From Octopus sinensis (lineage: Eukaryota), in assembly GCF_006345805.1 (NCBI RefSeq), contig NC_042997.1, positions 185,132,001 through 185,196,000 on the forward strand: a stretch of DNA of 64,000 bases, read 5' to 3'. A model generated the notes under the pieces. That model was not told the origin of the DNA. It saw only the letters and a program-made list of their open reading frames with translations, and made no database searches. Position numbers and translations under genes: made by a program. Positions 52,408-64,000 of this stretch are shown here, in pieces. Each line of letters begins with the position of its first letter. Positions within the stretch are counted from its first letter, which is position 1.

Positions 52408-52687
52408 CAGAGGTCCTCAACCAGTTTTTATCTATGAACCCCTTTGATCATTATTTTATTCTGACGGACCCCCATGGCAATGGATCTTTAAAAACTATAA
52501 CTATGTTGAATGATACAGAAAGAAACCGAGCTGTTTCTTGCAATACATACCAATACATACTTGTAAAGCAAAAATTTTTCAGGACTCCTTAAAATACTAT
52601 TGTGAATCCTCAATTTTGTTCTGTGAACCACGCCAAAATCTTATATGGACCCTGGGAGTCCATATGGACTCCGGTAGAGAACGACTA
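52408..52687. mobile_element. hAT/Charlie-like MITE
   Basis: Imperfect TIRs cagaggtcctcaacc / ggtagagaacgacta; 8-bp TSD gtcttgac/gtctagac (NTCTAGAN-type target). Confidence 0.7.
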
Positions 52688-53762
52688 GTCTAGACGGACA
52701 GTCTGAGCTTTGCAATCGTAGAAGGCAGCTACATTAGCAGGAGTAGAACCCCCAAGTATTTAGAGTCACAGCTTAGGAAATTCTGCGAAGAGATAAAGAC
52801 CAAGATAGTCACCAGAAGAGTAAATAAGGTCTAAGTGGACTCGGAGCCCCCCTCCCCAATATTCATTTCGATGAGCGTCTGAGAATGTAATGAACACTCT
52901 GTGTCTGAGATTCTCGATCCTCATCCATTCATTAATTCACATACACACACACACACACGCACACACAAACGCACAGACATACATACACTCGCATACACAA
53001 ACACACATGTACAAGCACATATGAATGTTTGATCGCACATATGTGTGTGTGTGTATATGTACATTTATATGTATATATGTACCTGTCTGTGTGTTTGTGT
53101 GAATGTTCATTATCGTCATAATTACTCAAAATTTATCATCTGATACTTCAAGACTACCTGTAGTCGCTTTGTCTGCCTATTTACAACATTTTGTTCGAAT
53201 AAAGTGTAAAAGCCGTAAAAATTATAAATTATAAAAGTTACAAAATATGAATTACACAGCTGTAACAAATGTAAATCCTGAAATGGTTACCAATTCCATT
53301 AATAGGAGCGTATAGAAAACACTAAAATTTATAAAGATATAATGTTAAAACATATAGGGAAATAACAGCCACAGGTTTATAGTTGTGCCCACACTATAAA
53401 TGTACATTTTCTCTTTGTTACTCTCTCTCTCTCTCTGTCTATCAACTTATCTCTCTCCTCTTCTCTCTCTATATACACATATGTATATATTATACGCGCG
53501 TGTATATATATATATATATATATATATATGTAAAAGTAAAAAATACAAACTGGGGCAAGAACGTGAAACATTTAGAAGACGACACAAAAAACACGGACGG
53601 GACATTCGAAGCCTTCAATCTTCAGTCAAAAACCGGATCATCTTCGCAATTTCGGCTGATTAATCTTGAGATTGCTCCGACCTGGCCAGCCCCAAAGGAA
53701 AATCTAAGCCAAGCGCATTAGATTCCTTGGAAGAAAGCCTCGAATGTATATATAACTATATA

Positions 53763-53806
<44 letters not shown>

Positions 53807-53838
53807 TATCTATATATATATATATATATGTATATATC

Positions 53839-53900
<62 letters not shown>

Positions 53901-53927
53901 ATTAATATATATATACATATATATAAT

Positions 53928-54275
53928 AGGCGCAGGAGTGGCTGTATGGTAAATAGCTTACTTACCAACAACATGGTACTGGGTTCAGTCCCACTGTGTG
54001 GCACCTTGGGCAAGCGTCTTCTATTATAGCCTCGGGCCGACCAAAGCCTTGTGAGTGGATTTGGTGGACGGAAACTGAAAGAAGGCCGTCGTATATATGT
54101 ATATATGTATGTGTGTGTATATGTTTGTGCGTCTGTGTTTGTCTCACCCCCCCCCCAAACATCGCTTGACAACCGATGGCTGTGTGTTTACTTTCCCGTA
54201 ACTTAGCGGTTCGGCAAGAAAGGCCGATAAAATAAGTACTAGGCTTACAAAGAATAATTCTTGGGGTCGATTTGC
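53928..54275 (+). mobile_element. SINE family A (3'-truncated)
   Basis: Family match. Confidence 0.85.
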
Positions 54276-54329
54276 GTAAAAGTGTTTAGTTACGTGGAAA
54301 TTATTTTAAAAAACTGCCGTTTAATATAT

Positions 54330-54573
54330 TACGTGATCACGTGATCGACCAGACCATCAGATGTTGTTACGCATCGCTGGTCACAATGCGTTCGCATTGT
54401 TTTAGCCTTCGAATGACGCCACTCCGCTGGCTAAGCGAGCAGGCCAACAGAAGAAAGAGTGGAAGAAAGAGTGGTGAAAGAGTACAGCAGGGATCACCAC
54501 CCCCTGCCGAACGAAACTGCGTACCTTCGACCGCGAGTCCGCTTCCCTAAACACTGGGCCATTGCGCCTCCAC
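54330..54573 (-). mobile_element. SINE with family-C head and a different tail ending in cacgtgat repeats
   Basis: The tail also occurs alone at 22443-22570. Confidence 0.75.
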
Positions 54574-54582
54574 AAAAGAGTA

Positions 54583-54630
<48 letters not shown>

Positions 54631-55008
54631 TCTTTATATAAAAGAAAGATTGTGGTCTGTCTACTCCGATTTAGATTCCTAACTACTCCCACATTTGCGT
54701 GATGCAGTTTAACCAAGACCGGGTATCTTATAGTCGTGATTCATATCGAGCCCTTCTGGGTATTAGCGCGCGTCTACGATGAGTCTACGATTTTAAAAAT
54801 AATTTACCATCATTTTTTTCCATTTTAATGCATATTTTTTAAATAAAGGGAAGTAACTCTCTAAAAATGTCTACGATGAGTCAACAATTTAAAAAAAATT
54901 TACCATAATTTATTTTGCATTTTTTTCTATCTTTTTGGCTATAACTCTCTAAAAATGCTTTATAGTTATTTCCCTTACAAACCCGAGCAACGCCGGGCGA
55001 TACTGCTA

Positions 55009-55009
<1 letters not shown>
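54631..55009 (+). mobile_element. Non-autonomous Helitron
   Basis: A|TC 5' end, subterminal hairpin cccgagcaacgccggg, CTAG|T 3' end, no TSD. Confidence 0.8.
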
Positions 55010-55053
<44 letters not shown>

Positions 55054-55659
55054 GGATGATTCAAAGAAATCAGGTACTTAAATAGTAGGTACCAGGTAGG
55101 GTCGAATTTAAACTTGTAAACAACACCTTTAATTGAATGGCTACCGAAGTACATCCAGTGAAAAATTCAGGTTATGTTGACAGAGAATTTTAACATTGAG
55201 TATTTCAATAGCTTATGGGTTAACCCAAATGTGTCCATTGCAATGGTCGCACTTTATTTGGTGTACTCCAGTATATCCTACGGGGCGGGATTCCAGTGAG
55301 GTGCATTAGAAGAAATAAATAAATAACAAAAAGATGAATAAGCGTTACAACATAACAGCTGTTCCCAGCGGATTTCTTTAATAGATTAATGAGAACATTA
55401 TATCATAACTAACTATTAGTTATCATACTCATTAATCTATGAAAGAAATACATACATACATTCATACATACATACATACATACATGTATATATATATGTA
55501 TATGTATATATACGTACCTAAATGTATGTGTGTGTGTGATAGACTTCCTCCTGTTTCCCTGTATCAAATCCACTCACAAGGCTTAAGATGCCACTCAATA
55601 GGACTGAACCCGGAAGTATAACGTTGGGAAACAAACTTCTTACCTCACAGCCGCGCTTG

Positions 55660-55697
<38 letters not shown>

Positions 55698-55729
55698 TCT
55701 ATATATATATATTATATATATATATATTA

Positions 55730-55794
<65 letters not shown>

Positions 55795-55799
55795 TATTA

Positions 55800-55848
<49 letters not shown>

Positions 55849-56933
55849 TGTGTGCGTGAGGACAATCCTATGCAGTTTACATTTACATATGTGGGTATAT
55901 ATATATTCATAGAACATGCTATATGTGTGTTGTTTATGTGAAGCTCTTCTGCGTGTTTGAATTTTTGTGTCTGTGTTAGCCCGTAGAGATAATCTTATAG
56001 GATTGCATTTCGCAGTTATATTATACACACGTATATATGAACATAGTTGTGTACATACGCGCTGTTTTATATGAGTTCTAACATTTCTATATATGTATGT
56101 GAATTGTGGTATAGCTAATTGTGGATCAATAAATAAATATCAAGTATCTAGCTTAGAGTCATCATATACTGGTTCAAGCTGCCAATAATGAATTACCTAC
56201 ATTTCAACGAATGACAACTGCAAAAAAAAAAAAAATCTGCGTAAACCAACTTAAACTCAGCTGATTACAGGAAGAGAGAACGTGATTGAAATTTAATAGT
56301 AAATATCAGGTAACAAAGAGAGAAATGATGTCGCTCATATAGCAAATGGAAGTCGTTTATTGTTACCAATATTACGAACGTTGGATTTGAAGGGATGGGA
56401 AGGTAAACGCAGAATGTAAATCTCGATGAACTATGGCCTCGAGCCGGTTTCTATTCCTGTTAAAACATATTCCAATATTCCACTAATTATGTTTTGCCGC
56501 TGATGTCCTGGGGGAGGAGAAGCGTAAACGTCAGACTATGCTAACATTCCTCTTTCTTACATTTATCGGTTTAATATAGAAGACAGGCGCATAAGAAACG
56601 TTGCAAACAAGAAGTAATCTTGAGAGTAACCAAGCCAGTAACCTACTTTCATTCTCTCTGGATACTGCTGCATTCATTGTTATTCTAAGTAGAAATGATT
56701 AAAAAATAACACGAGTACTAATTAATATCATAATGACAGTGTAATAACTACAAATTCATTATGTCTATGTTAGAAGTGGTTACTAAATATGGCGAAGTGA
56801 TTAAAGTAGCTAATAAATTAGTGAGCTTATCTTTAAGCTTGATAGTAAACGACCATGAGTATTACTGAATCAGAGTTTAAGCAGTAACCGTGTCAACTTT
56901 ACCTTTCATCCTCCATGGATAACTACAGTAAAA

Positions 56934-57533
56934 GGCGGCGAACTGGCAGAAACGTTAGCACGCCAGGCGAAATGCATAGCCGTATTTCGTCTGCCGTTAC
57001 GTTCTGAGTTCAAATTCCGTCGAGGTCGACTTTGCCTTTCATCCTTTCGGGGTCGTTAAATTAAGTACCAGTTACGCACTGGGTCGATGTAATCGACTTA
57101 ATCCGTTTGTCTGTCCTTGTTTGTCCTCTCTGTGTTTAGCCACATGTGGGTAGTAAATAAATAGGTATTTCGTCTGTCTTTATATTCTGAGTTCAAATTC
57201 CGCTGAGGTCGACTTTGCCTTTCATTCCTTCGGGATGGATTAAATAAGTACCAGTTACGTACTGGGGTCGATATAATCGACTTAATCCGTTTGTCTGTCT
57301 TTGTTTGTCCTCTCTGTGTTTAACCCCTTGTGGGTAGTAAAGAAATCGGTATTTCTTCTGCCGCTACGTTCTGAGTTCAAATTCCGCTGAGGTCAACTTT
57401 GCCTTTCATCCTTTCGGGGTCGATTAAATAAGTACCAGTTACATACTGGGGTCGATATAATCGACTTAATCCGTTTGTGTGTCCTTGTTTGTCCTCTCTG
57501 TGTTTAGCCCCTTGTGGGTAGTAAAGAAATAGG
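56934..57533 (+). mobile_element. SINE family B head-to-tail trimer
   Basis: One full unit followed by two units starting at gtatttc. Confidence 0.9.
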
Positions 57534-58677
57534 ATTGCTAAAGTAGGAAATAACAATAATTCACAGCGGTTCATTTAATCTGCCGAATCCGTTAGAAATA
57601 CAACGAGCATATAAGAAGTGCCACTGACGAATATCATATGACAAGAATGTGCTAAGCTTTAGAATAAAAAATGGATAACAAATTAGAGACTACATATTAA
57701 AGATGCAATTAAAATTTCTAATGCGTATCTAATGCTCTTTTTTATTATGTATGATTAATAAATTCTGTTATGAAGTATTTATGATTATCAAGTGATGTAA
57801 CATGAAATAGCCGGAATTCGAAATTCTTAATGAACACGTGTTACATCGGAGCGACAATAGCAATTTCAAAAGGAGTAAATTTCACTTAAAAGAAACCTAA
57901 ATTCTAATTAGCAAACAAATGTATCTTAACAGATAGGGAGACTAGCTGGGGAGACTTTACTAGTGGGAGAATACTTTGATATGATAGAATAACGAAAAAA
58001 AAAGCAACAATAAAGCGCCCCCACCCCCAGCTCACCAAGATATATTTTAATTGCACGTCGTCATATAGATCATATACATAGTAAAGAAACTAGTTACATC
58101 CCTCTTATGGCTCATAGCTCGGCTCGTAATGATCTTAGATTGAACTAGAAAGACATTACTTAAAAAAGACGTTCGTTTGAAAACTACTAATCTTGAATTA
58201 TACAAAGACAGGAAAACGGGAAGCGTTACCCAAAGGCAGTAATGTGTTTTATTTGTATGAGACAATAAATAACAATCAGTACATTTCCTTGCGAAAGCTA
58301 AGATAGAACATTGCATTAGATTTGTCATAAAATGCAATGTGTATGATGAAGAATAGTGGGTCAAAAACCCAAGGCAAGTTCACTTTATTGACATTATGAT
58401 TTTTGATTATTCATCTTATATTAGATGAATATATATGTCTCGCTACCTTCTCTTCACAATATCCATTTCACTTTCAATGGCATGTACTCACATACAAATA
58501 TGAATACTCTGTGAAGTTCTTATTTAGCCGTGAGGTTTTACAGTTTTAAGCGCGTAATGTTCCTTTTAGTGTAGCAATTTATTAGTGGTGTAACCTAAAT
58601 TAACTACTTCTAAACTAACCCATTGAACCTGCTTAGAGATTACTGCTTGATTTATATATAAGTTTAGGCAAGAAATG

Positions 58678-59089
58678 GGATCTTTTCGGTTTGAACGGCA
58701 GTTTTTTAAAATAATTTCCACGTAACTAAACACTTTTAAACTTCGTATACTGGTAGAATGTGTTAATAAAACATCTTTTTCTCTTGGCTTTATTGAGAAA
58801 ATTCTATAGTTTGTAAGATGTTTGTTGGTTTTTTTCTTCAATTTCTGCAATTTCAACCAATCAATGACGTCTATTTGAGGTGAAAACATTCTGTGCCCTA
58901 TGAATATGTCCCTCGTTTAAGAAATAGATTGGGTTTATTTACATTTCTGAAGAAAAAAGATACCCTTCGCCCAACCCTAACCCTAACCCTAAAACAGAAA
59001 TGCAATAGATCGATACTAGGGTCATAATTATGGGTGACAATTTCATATGACACTGCTAGAAAAAACTGCCGTTCAAACCGAAAAGATCC
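58678..59089. mobile_element. MITE with ~29-bp TIRs and 8-bp TSD (Merlin-like), with internal telomeric repeats
   Basis: TIR ggatcttttcggtttgaacggcagtttttt; TSD aagaaatg; ccctaa repeats at ~58970-58993; partial copy at 54277-54321. Confidence 0.85.
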
Positions 59090-60054
59090 AAGAAATGTTT
59101 GTAGCGAACCAAACCTATTCTGCCAACAACTTTGTTGAAGAGCAAAGTCATTACCATGGGGATTTGAACTCAGAACATAAAAGAATGTTGCAAATATCCA
59201 TATCGCTCTATACTCTCTGTCTGTATGTCTGTATGTCTCTCTCTCTCTCTCTCTCTCTCTGCTGTCTCTGTTGTCAGCTTGCTCTAAAGTTTATTCCTAA
59301 GTTAATAAGATTCGCGGATAACATAAAACATTGTTATTGTACAAAATTTGCATATAGTCACGTATATTACGTTAACAGGAATATCATATTCGCTTCATAT
59401 GTAGCAGAAATATATCTAAATACACTCTTACACATTCACAGAAAGGTTATGTTATTTTTCACCATTTAACTTTGTATTAACTATTTATTGAGTGAACTCT
59501 TTGCAAATGTGTTACGTGAAAATATGTACATACATTTGGTATCATGGAATCACTGGCAATTGTAAGGTAACTTAAAACTCTAATCAGATTCTATGGTAGC
59601 AATGGGAAATATAACGTTTTGCTAGAAACATCAATAGACTGTGTAGCTTATGATACAAACAGAGTGTTTGAAGTATATTAATGTCAACTAACTCTGGAGA
59701 GAAAAATTGAAATACCAAAACAGTCTTTTGAAGGCACAACAGAAGCTGCATATTTATCACTCTAAGCCTTTCCATTGTGAATTTGATGAATATATCTAAC
59801 TATCTATTCCTTATTGGTTTACAGAAATGCTTTGAACAAATTCATAACAGTCGTGGGATCCAACGTTTTCTTGAAGAAATAAAAGAAATAAATGTTGTCT
59901 TAGAAAGTCATCGATAAAATGTTTGCATGATTGCCGAGATGCATTCCTTTAAAATTACCATCATGAGATTAAGAAAAAAACAAACAAAAAAAAAAAACAA
60001 ATAGGGCATTAATAATTTTCCGAAATTTGATCATCAAACATAATTTCTTTACAT

Positions 60055-60718
<664 letters not shown>

Positions 60719-62462
60719 ATGGTTTATATGTATATGTATATATGTGTGTGTGTGGTTGTGTGTCTATGTTTGTCCCCCCAACATCGCTTGAAAACTGATG
60801 CTGGTGTGTTTACATCCCCATAACTTAGCGGTTCGGCAGAAGAGTCCGATAGAATAAGTACTAGGCTTGCAAAGAATAAGTCCTGGAGTCGATTTGCTCG
60901 ACTGAAGGCGGTGCTCCAGCATGGCCGCAGTCAAATGCTTGTAATAATTAAAAGAGTAAAAGAGTATCATATTTTGAGAACTCTGTAATTAGTGATGATT
61001 GCATGAACGTATTTCTTAGAGTCGTAGAATATTTTCTACCAGGATATTTATCTGATATTTCACTTCACTGTTATATCTAGATTATGCTAATAGAAGAGAG
61101 CATTGCCGTAAGTGTAACTGTTGAAGGCAAACTTAGACCTCTGTAACCTAAAGTAGCGTTTAGTGTTAATGCCTTCTTTTGTAGGGGTAAATATTCATGT
61201 TCTCATATATTTATTTGTTCTAACCCTTCTTTTCTATCAAAATATTTCTCTCAAACTAGTAAACTACATATATATTAGTCCTATTATTCTACAGTGGCCA
61301 ACAATAGCCGTGTGCTTGCTTGATTTGGGGCTAATCTATATGGAACGGCAGTGTATAGGAAAAAGACTCCTTAGAAGACTCAATATCTTCCCATTAACAC
61401 CATTAGCATGAATAAGGCTTCAGCATGTCTAAAAAGTGTGCAAAGGCTTCATAAAGTTTCTCAGAGAGTTTCAGCTGTATGACAGGCATTATATGGACTT
61501 TTTTAATGCGTTACATCTTCAAATATAGTTTGAGCCATTGATCCAAGTTTTACATAGAATATTTTCTCGGTTACTGGATATGGACAGTGGATATAGACAT
61601 TTTTTGGATAGTGTGTTACTCAGAGTACATATGATTATTTTAACTTAAACTTATAGATATGGTTTTTGTTATTGGAAGCTGAAGGCTTCATTTCCTCTCC
61701 GAAATAAAACCTGTAGAAATTCGTATTTATGAGCAATTAAGAAGTGATTTAAATGAAGCTATCATAATTAACAAATAGCTGGTTGATTAAAATTAACTTT
61801 TTAGAGAAGTGATGTTGAGTAAATTAATTGTTTTCCAAACTATTTTGGATACATATGATTATCTTAGCTGTCTCTATCATTTTAACTTTAAAAGAATAAT
61901 AGGTGTGAAAGACAGTTAAAAACATGAAGAATGATAACAGTCATATTGCATTTTTTAATGCGGCCTATGATCTTTGTGTGCAGCAGAAGCCTCACTGCAC
62001 AGTCTAAATAATGAAGACTTACTCCAATTTAGATCTCACTTGAGATCAGGAGAGAGTCAGTAATAAATCAAAGCTGAAACATTTTCTGGTTTTCAAAAAG
62101 TAATACAAATGCAGTTTTAGTGATGCTATGTACTTAAAGTAGCAAAGGAAGATCATAAAAGATCATAGGATCAAACATTTGTGTGCTTCGGCTTTCAATG
62201 TCCAAGAATAGAGAAGGCGAGATATGATAATATTTCTTTCATATGTGAGATAATTGCCATGTAACTTTTCATGGTTTATTCAAAGTCTCTGTCCATAGAT
62301 ATAGTGAAAACATCACGTAAACAGTCTACTTTGTATGTGAATGATATCAGTCTGCGGATATTGACCCATATCTGGCCCAAATATTCTACCAGTTTTACGT
62401 TAAAACTAATCAGATAGAACCTCTCCGACTTATCTTACAACATCATGCTAAAACATAAAAAC

Positions 62463-62663
62463 AGGCACAGGAGTGGCTGTGTGATAAGTAGCTTGCTTAC
62501 CAACCACATGGTTCCGGGTTCATTCCCACTGCGTGGCACCTTCGGCAAGTGTCTTCTACTATAGCCTCGGGCCGACCAAAGCCTTGTGAGTGGATTTGGT
62601 CGACAAAAACTGAAAGAAGCCCGTCGTATATATATATATATATATATTTATGTGTGTGTGTGT

Positions 62664-62702
<39 letters not shown>

Positions 62703-62920
62703 ATGTTTGTGTGTCTGTGTTTGTCCCCCCAACATCGCTTGACAACCGATGGTGGTGTGTTTACGTCCCCGTAACTTAGCAGTTCGGCAAAAGAGACCGA
62801 TAGAATATGTACTAGGCTTACAAAGAATAAGTCCTGGGGTCGATTTGCTTGACTAAAGGCGGTGCTCCTTCATGGCCGCAGTCAAATGACTGAAATAAAT
62901 AAAAGAGTAAAAGAGAGTAA
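62463..62920 (+). mobile_element. SINE family A
   Basis: Full-length match; a partial copy also lies at 60725-60966. Confidence 0.9.
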
Positions 62921-63287
62921 ACACACCATTGAAATCTTGAAGCCATGAGATAATGCGAGATTAATTCAAAATATTATGAATGAATAAACAATACATTTGT
63001 CAAAAGAGATATGAAAGCTAAAGGATTAAAGAGAAGAGAAGTGTGGCATCATCTGCATATCAGTGAATATTGGTAGAACCGACTGAAAGTAGGCCCCCTC
63101 ATGAACATCAAAGTAAACAGAATAAAGTTAGAAAAGATTTTCATCTGTAGAGGTTGCGATTGTGTGGTCTGACAGGATGTAAGTGAGGCTGCATTCAAGT
63201 TGCCGATAAAGACTTTTTGTCTCTCTATTTTGTCTACTTTAAAATATAAAATATTATATTTAAATATATAATGATAAACGATAAACA

Positions 63288-63602
63288 CCGCCCTTTTCAA
63301 GCCTACCCAGGCTCATGGCCCCGGTTTCCCGGTTTCTGTGGCGTATGTGTTCCCCACCACCCCAGCTGACCGGGACGTCAGTCCATCGCAACGTTACTCA
63401 AGAAACAGGAAGTGACAGGAAGTGAGAGAAAGTTGTGGCGAAAGAGTTCAACAGGGGTCGCCACCACCCCTGCCGGAGCCTCGTGGAGCTTTTAGGTGTT
63501 TTCGCTCAATAAACACACACACAACGCCCGATCTGAGAATTGAAACCGCGATCCTCCGACCGCGAGTTCACTGCTCTAACCACTGGGCCATTGCGGCTCC
63601 AC
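63288..63602 (-). mobile_element. Chimeric SINE: family-C head with the tail of the 5026 family
   Basis: Head matches 10160; tail gaaaccgggaaaccggggccatgagcctgg matches 5219-5265. Confidence 0.8.
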
Positions 63603-63657
63603 AAAATATATAATAATACGACTTCCTAAACATATTCACAACTTACGCGACGTTGGC

Positions 63658-63703
63658 GGCACAGTATTAATTACTGGAGCGCTCCAGTAATTAATACTGT
63701 GCC
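63658..63703. repeat. Perfect 46-bp palindrome
   Basis: ggcacagtattaattactggagc|gctccagtaattaatactgtgcc. Confidence 0.95.
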
Positions 63704-64000
63704 TTCAAAATTGTATTATATGTAATTCGCAATCGTGGTTTATAACTTAATACTAACCTTCTGTTACTCTCGTTCAGTTGTTTAAAAAGGGAAGGTAAAC
63801 GGTTTCTGATAAGTCGGAAGAGAGTCGAAATTAGCCTGTTCGATTCTTGCCACAAAGTTGTCAAAAAGCCCATGGCGTACATTCACACGTGAGAAAACAT
63901 TTATCTGTATACAATTACACATGTACACACGCGTGCGCGCACATAACCTAGCATATAAGCTTGTGCTCATTCTTTACAGACGAAAGAGTACACATGCAAT

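Noticed and set aside
53530-53750. Possible hammerhead (CTGAAGA on the minus strand; cagccGAAA) in a TA-embedded element
   Set aside because: Core segments are in the wrong order or lack pairing stems
59047-59469. 140-aa plus-strand ORF
   Set aside because: Runs across a MITE end, a SINE remnant and (CT)n; a chance open frame

Overview
AT-rich eukaryotic genomic DNA packed with microsatellites ((TA)n, (TG)n, (ATT)n, (TATG)n) and tRNA-derived SINEs. The repeat types point to an octopus-like cephalopod genome (inference). Most ORFs in the supplied track are microsatellite or SINE artefacts. Supported content: (1) an unidentified multi-exon protein-coding gene on the minus strand (~12.3-30 kb), inferred from splice-site and phase consistency, plus possible 3' exons of a second gene at ~46.5-47.9 kb; (2) decayed mariner and Tc1-like transposases, R4/Dong-like and RTE LINE fragments, Penelope-like (GIY-YIG) fragments, a Helitron, and hAT-like and Merlin-like MITEs; (3) a 2-kb retroelement bounded by a target-site duplication (TSD) that encodes only a Gag-like zinc-knuckle protein, with a 3' hairpin array; (4) several minimal type-I hammerhead ribozyme motifs in small non-coding elements, including a multi-copy family with a swapped G3:C8 core pair and one motif fused behind a tRNA-like Pol III head; (5) many foldback structures. 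All calls were made by eye; no searches or folding programs were run.
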